Below are positions 60,787 through 64,000 of a DNA stretch of 64,000 nt, in pieces (position 1 is the first letter of the stretch; the number at the start of each line of letters is the position of its first letter). The notes under the pieces are model-generated. The model did no database searches and was not told the DNA's origin. It was given only the letters and a program-made list of their open reading frames with translations. Position numbers and translations under genes: made by a program. Source of the stretch: Spirochaetaceae bacterium (GTDB lineage: Bacteria; Spirochaetota; Spirochaetia; DSM-2461); NCBI GenBank assembly GCA_051531975.1, contig JAOPTT010000005.1, positions 391,030 through 455,029 of the forward strand, given 5' to 3'.

Positions 60787-61137
60787 ATGAAAATATTATT
60801 AAAAACATGTATCTTGTTATTATTCATGATTAGTGGGATAGCATGTCAGACAAAATTAGAACATGGTACATTAATGGAATTAAACCGGAAAGGTGAGTGG
60901 GGGAGAGTTAAAGAGAAAAGTATTACAGTCATAGATGATAAAGATATTTATACGATAGCAGAAATATGTGAATTCTACTTTCATCTTATATATTCGGAAG
61001 TTAGATTAGGAGAAAAAAAGAGTGCTCAGCATCATATTAAAGAATTAGAAAAATATATAAGTAAAAATGGTTTACCAGATATTGTTTTGTGGATTGAAAA
61101 TGAATTAGATAAATTGAAGATGGAACTACAAACTTAA
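60787..61137 (+). CDS. Hypothetical helical lipoprotein
   Basis: SD AAGGAG, lipobox GIAC. Confidence 0.75.
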   Translation: MKILLKTCILLLFMISGIACQTKLEHGTLMELNRKGEWGRVKEKSITVIDDKDIYTIAEICEFYFHLIYSEVRLGEKKSAQHHIKELEKYISKNGLPDIVLWIENELDKLKMELQT

Positions 61138-61140
61138 GCA

Positions 61141-61169
61141 TTAAACTGCATCACCTTGGTGTAGTTTAA
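61141..61169. terminator. Terminator hairpin
   Basis: TTAAACTGCATCA-cct-TGGTGTAGTTTAA. Confidence 0.6.
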
Positions 61170-61267
61170 ATAATAGCCTTGTTTTACTTCTTGGCATTTG
61201 AAAATCCAAACATGGACATATGAAAGCATCCTTTTTAACATTTTCAATGTCATAGATAATTTTTATT

Positions 61268-61636
61268 CTAGCAATCTGATAATTTTACTTTTTTATAACC
61301 ACCATTCTTTTTATCTTCTGGATGAGGTTCTATCCCTATTATGGTTATATCTAATTTATTGGGACCATAAACCCAAAATATTCTTCCAGCAGACGGTTTG
61401 TTATTCTCTAAATAAGATTGCCATACTTTTAGACCATATCGTTTACTTAAAGGTTCTATCTCATGTGATACAAGACCTGGATGTCTAGGATTTGAACTCA
61501 AGAAATTAAATGTTTTAATTAATTTGTTAAAAAGTTTTTCATCATTTTTATTTAATGTTTGGTTTCTCTTTTGATCCAATAAATTATTCCAATATTGTTC
61601 CATTTCTGGAATACCCATTCTTATTTTATAGTTCAT
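61268..61636 (-). CDS. RelE/ParE-superfamily toxin-like protein
   Basis: LSSNPRHPGLVSHEI, VWQSY, RIFWVY, IIGIEPHP. Confidence 0.7.
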   Translation of the reverse strand: MNYKIRMGIPEMEQYWNNLLDQKRNQTLNKNDEKLFNKLIKTFNFLSSNPRHPGLVSHEIEPLSKRYGLKVWQSYLENNKPSAGRIFWVYGPNKLDITIIGIEPHPEDKKNGGYKKVKLSDC

Positions 61637-61880
61637 TATTAAATTCAGATAGATCTATCGGATCTGATACATTATTTTCTTTTAAATTCTTTATTGAAGA
61701 ATCCATCATTACTAATGTATTAGAAGAAATTGTTTGTGGGTCAATAAGAATTCTTGGTTGTAATTCTATTTTACCATCTTCAAATTCAATAACATGATAG
61801 TAATCATAGTTTGCACCTCTGACTGTAATTCTGTGTTTAGAATCTAATTTTGTATCATATTGTTTCAGTACTGAACTCAT
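61626..61880 (-). CDS. AbrB/MraZ-like antitoxin candidate
   Basis: KLDSKHRITV, EDGKIELQP, acidic tail; overlaps toxin start. Confidence 0.65.
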   Translation of the reverse strand: MSSVLKQYDTKLDSKHRITVRGANYDYYHVIEFEDGKIELQPRILIDPQTISSNTLVMMDSSIKNLKENNVSDPIDLSEFNNEL

Positions 61881-61892
61881 TCTACACTCCGT

Positions 61893-61906
61893 GTGGGATA
61901 TCCCAC
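61893..61906. promoter_or_regulatory. Palindromic operator of the TA pair
   Basis: Perfect 14-bp palindrome GTGGGATATCCCAC, 12 nt upstream of the antitoxin ATG. Confidence 0.65.
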
Positions 61907-62027
61907 TTTTATATTAATCCTTTATTAACAGATTAACAAGTCAAGAACTATGAATATGCACAAAAATAATTAACTTCCTAACCGTAGGTTTGTTATGAAT
62001 TAGACCATATAATACCCGAATAACAAT

Positions 62028-62134
62028 CAGAATCCTTCTGGAGCGAATAGGGCGCAGATACCGACCTAAGAGTCTATCTTCGTTCATTCGCTTGTTCTAC
62101 CGCGTATTTATTATTGAATGCTCAGTAGTTATCA
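62028..62134. repeat. Structured imperfect palindrome, attC-like
   Basis: Ends TAAC...GTTA, inner stems AGCGAAT/ATTCGCT and AGATA/TATCT; locally GC-richer. Confidence 0.35.
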
Positions 62135-63205
62135 CTCATTTAAAATCTCAACAACTAGATCTTCGATATCCCATAAAGAGGTAACGTGACTTGTATTAGT
62201 TAAAGTGATAATTAATTGATCTTTAGCCAAGTTCATATAAATTATTGAACGATATCCCCAAATAAAACCATTATGAAGTACAATTTCACCATTTTTATAT
62301 ATGAACCAACCATAGCCATAACTTTGGTTATTATTTATTTTAGTTTGGGTTTTAAACATTTCCTTTTTACTATATTCAGATAGAAAATTGGAATTAAGAG
62401 CATTGCTCCACTTGTATAAATCCTCTACAGTTGAAAAAATATCACCATATGCATACGACATAGATAAATTGCACTGACTTTCAACTTCAGAAAAAGAAAA
62501 ATCTGTATATCCTAAAGCTGTATTCTCTTTAATGGGAAAATAATCATCTGTTCCCGTATTTGTCATGCCTAAAGGTTTGAATATTCTTGCTGATAGAAAA
62601 TCTTTATAAGATAATCCACTGACTTTATCAATAATAAATCCAAGAATGGCATAATTGACATTACTGTATTCAAACTCAACCCCAGCTTTAGTTGATTCTG
62701 AATCCTTCTTAGGAAGTATCTTAAACAGATCATCAGTTGAATAATCAATTTTAGAAGAAGTGAAAAGTTTAAATAATTTCACATCACTGTAGTCATTTTC
62801 CCCAAGCTCTTGTAAAAACTGATCTGTTTTATAATTACTAGGAATTCCTGATGACATACTTAATAGATGATGTATTGTAATAACCTCTTCTGTTGGATAA
62901 TCAATATATTTAGTAATTGGATCTGAAACATTTAATAAACCATCTTCTTGTAACAATAAAATACAAGCAGCAGTAAATTGTTTTGTAAGAGAACCAATCG
63001 GGAATTTTGTTTTAATTGTATTTAAAACATTCTGTTCTTTATTCGCATATCCATAAGCCCCCGAATAGTAGACCTCATCGCCTTTTGCAACAAGAATTAC
63101 TCCATTAAATGGTTTATTTGCTAGTTCCTTTTCTATTTTTTCTTCTTTTGATGAACAACTTAGAAGTAAAATTGAAATGACTAATAGTAAGATAATTTTT
63201 TTCAT
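62132..63205 (-). CDS. Beta-lactamase-family serine hydrolase lipoprotein
   Basis: LLSC lipobox; GSLTKQFT, YSN, HNG. Confidence 0.9.
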   Translation of the reverse strand: MKKIILLLVISILLLSCSSKEEKIEKELANKPFNGVILVAKGDEVYYSGAYGYANKEQNVLNTIKTKFPIGSLTKQFTAACILLLQEDGLLNVSDPITKYIDYPTEEVITIHHLLSMSSGIPSNYKTDQFLQELGENDYSDVKLFKLFTSSKIDYSTDDLFKILPKKDSESTKAGVEFEYSNVNYAILGFIIDKVSGLSYKDFLSARIFKPLGMTNTGTDDYFPIKENTALGYTDFSFSEVESQCNLSMSYAYGDIFSTVEDLYKWSNALNSNFLSEYSKKEMFKTQTKINNNQSYGYGWFIYKNGEIVLHNGFIWGYRSIIYMNLAKDQLIITLTNTSHVTSLWDIEDLVVEILNE

Positions 63206-63215
63206 ATATAATCCT

Positions 63216-63551
63216 TTAAAAGAAAACTGATAGAGCTAGATTTATTGCTCCAGCTAAAATAAATCCTATGGCTCCAGGAATCTGAGAATTATTAAATTCC
63301 TCCATTTTACGGACCGATGTATCATTCATATCCTCATGAACACCATATAGTATGTCCTCTCTATGGTTGACAACACCTGACTGAAGTTTAAATATTCCAA
63401 TAAAAACGATTACCAAGCCGATTATAAATCCATTAGAAAAAAAACTGCCATTTTTCTGATCTAAAGGAGTAAAAGAAAACAGATAAGTTATTGTTAATAT
63501 AATTCCACTTGATAATAAACTAATAAAAAAAACTTTGATGAACTTTTTCAT
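63216..63551 (-). CDS. Hypothetical membrane protein (start probably 63551)
   Basis: Three hydrophobic segments; SD AGAGG. Confidence 0.65.
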   Translation of the reverse strand: MKKFIKVFFISLLSSGIILTITYLFSFTPLDQKNGSFFSNGFIIGLVIVFIGIFKLQSGVVNHREDILYGVHEDMNDTSVRKMEEFNNSQIPGAIGFILAGAINLALSVFF

Positions 63552-63746
63552 AATATACCTCTTTGTTAAATTTACCACTGTACTATTTCAGTATAACAGT
63601 TGGGGTTAATATGTCAACTATATTATTTAATCAAGTTTTGAGATAAATGTTGAACGTAGATCCTTATATATAATTTAATTATTTTAATTACTACCACATA
63701 TTTTCTCATAGAAATTTATAAATAGTATTATTCTTTGTCCCAGTTG

Positions 63747-63795
63747 TTGACAAATGACCAGTGGTCTCTTAATATGCAAGAGACCACTGGTCATT
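63747..63795 (+). promoter_or_regulatory. Promoter with two inverted TetR-like operators
   Basis: TTGACA-17-TAATAT; perfect 18-bp inverted repeat AATGACCAGTGGTCTCTT-N7-AAGAGACCACTGGTCATT. Confidence 0.7.
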
Positions 63796-63903
63796 ATGAG
63801 GGAATATAAGTTGAAAAAGACTTAATAAGTTCCATTGAAATAATTATCAATGGAATAAGAGTGAATAATAAAAATGAAAAATAGACATATTAAGGAGAGT
63901 CGT

Positions 63904-64000
63904 ATGGCACAACATACAGAAAAAACAATTAGGGTAAATGTCCCTGCATCAAAAATTTGGGATGTATTAAAGGACTTTAGTGGCGCTGAAAATTATTCAG
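63904..64000 (+). CDS. SRPBCC/START-family protein (5' part only)
   Basis: SD AAGGAG; MAQHTEKTIRVNVPASKIWDVLKDFSG. Confidence 0.75.
   Translation, partial: MAQHTEKTIRVNVPASKIWDVLKDFSGAENYS

Noticed and set aside
61170..61267. Possible gene remnant downstream of the RelE-like gene
   Set aside because: Short frames with no SD and no recognisable family.

Overview
AT-rich (roughly 30% GC by eye) bacterial chromosomal segment, probably from a free-living spirochaete (inferred from short Cys-lipobox lipoproteins, MCPs and hybrid kinases; not verified). About 60 CDS, dominated by accessory stress, detoxification and sensing functions: 4 MATE pumps, a TetA(P)-like MFS pump, 3 beta-lactamase-family serine hydrolases, 4 GNATs, an Fe(III) ABC transporter, 3 toxin-antitoxin pairs (HicAB, Fic/YhfG, RelE-like/AbrB-like), many one-component regulators with visible operators, 2 hybrid histidine kinases, a CheB-CheR fusion, 2 MCPs, a GGDEF protein and a higher-GC TetR + CE15 esterase block. 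No rRNA, tRNA, CRISPR array, transposase or integrase was seen. The best finding is an unannotated 32-codon serine-rich leader peptide (44935-45033, minus) with alternative pairing segments and a strong terminator directly upstream of serS, i.e. a candidate ribosome-mediated serine attenuator. Second, about a dozen genes appear leaderless (-10 hexamer 5-8 nt before the start codon, no Shine-Dalgarno). All protein calls come from motif recognition by eye, without database searches.
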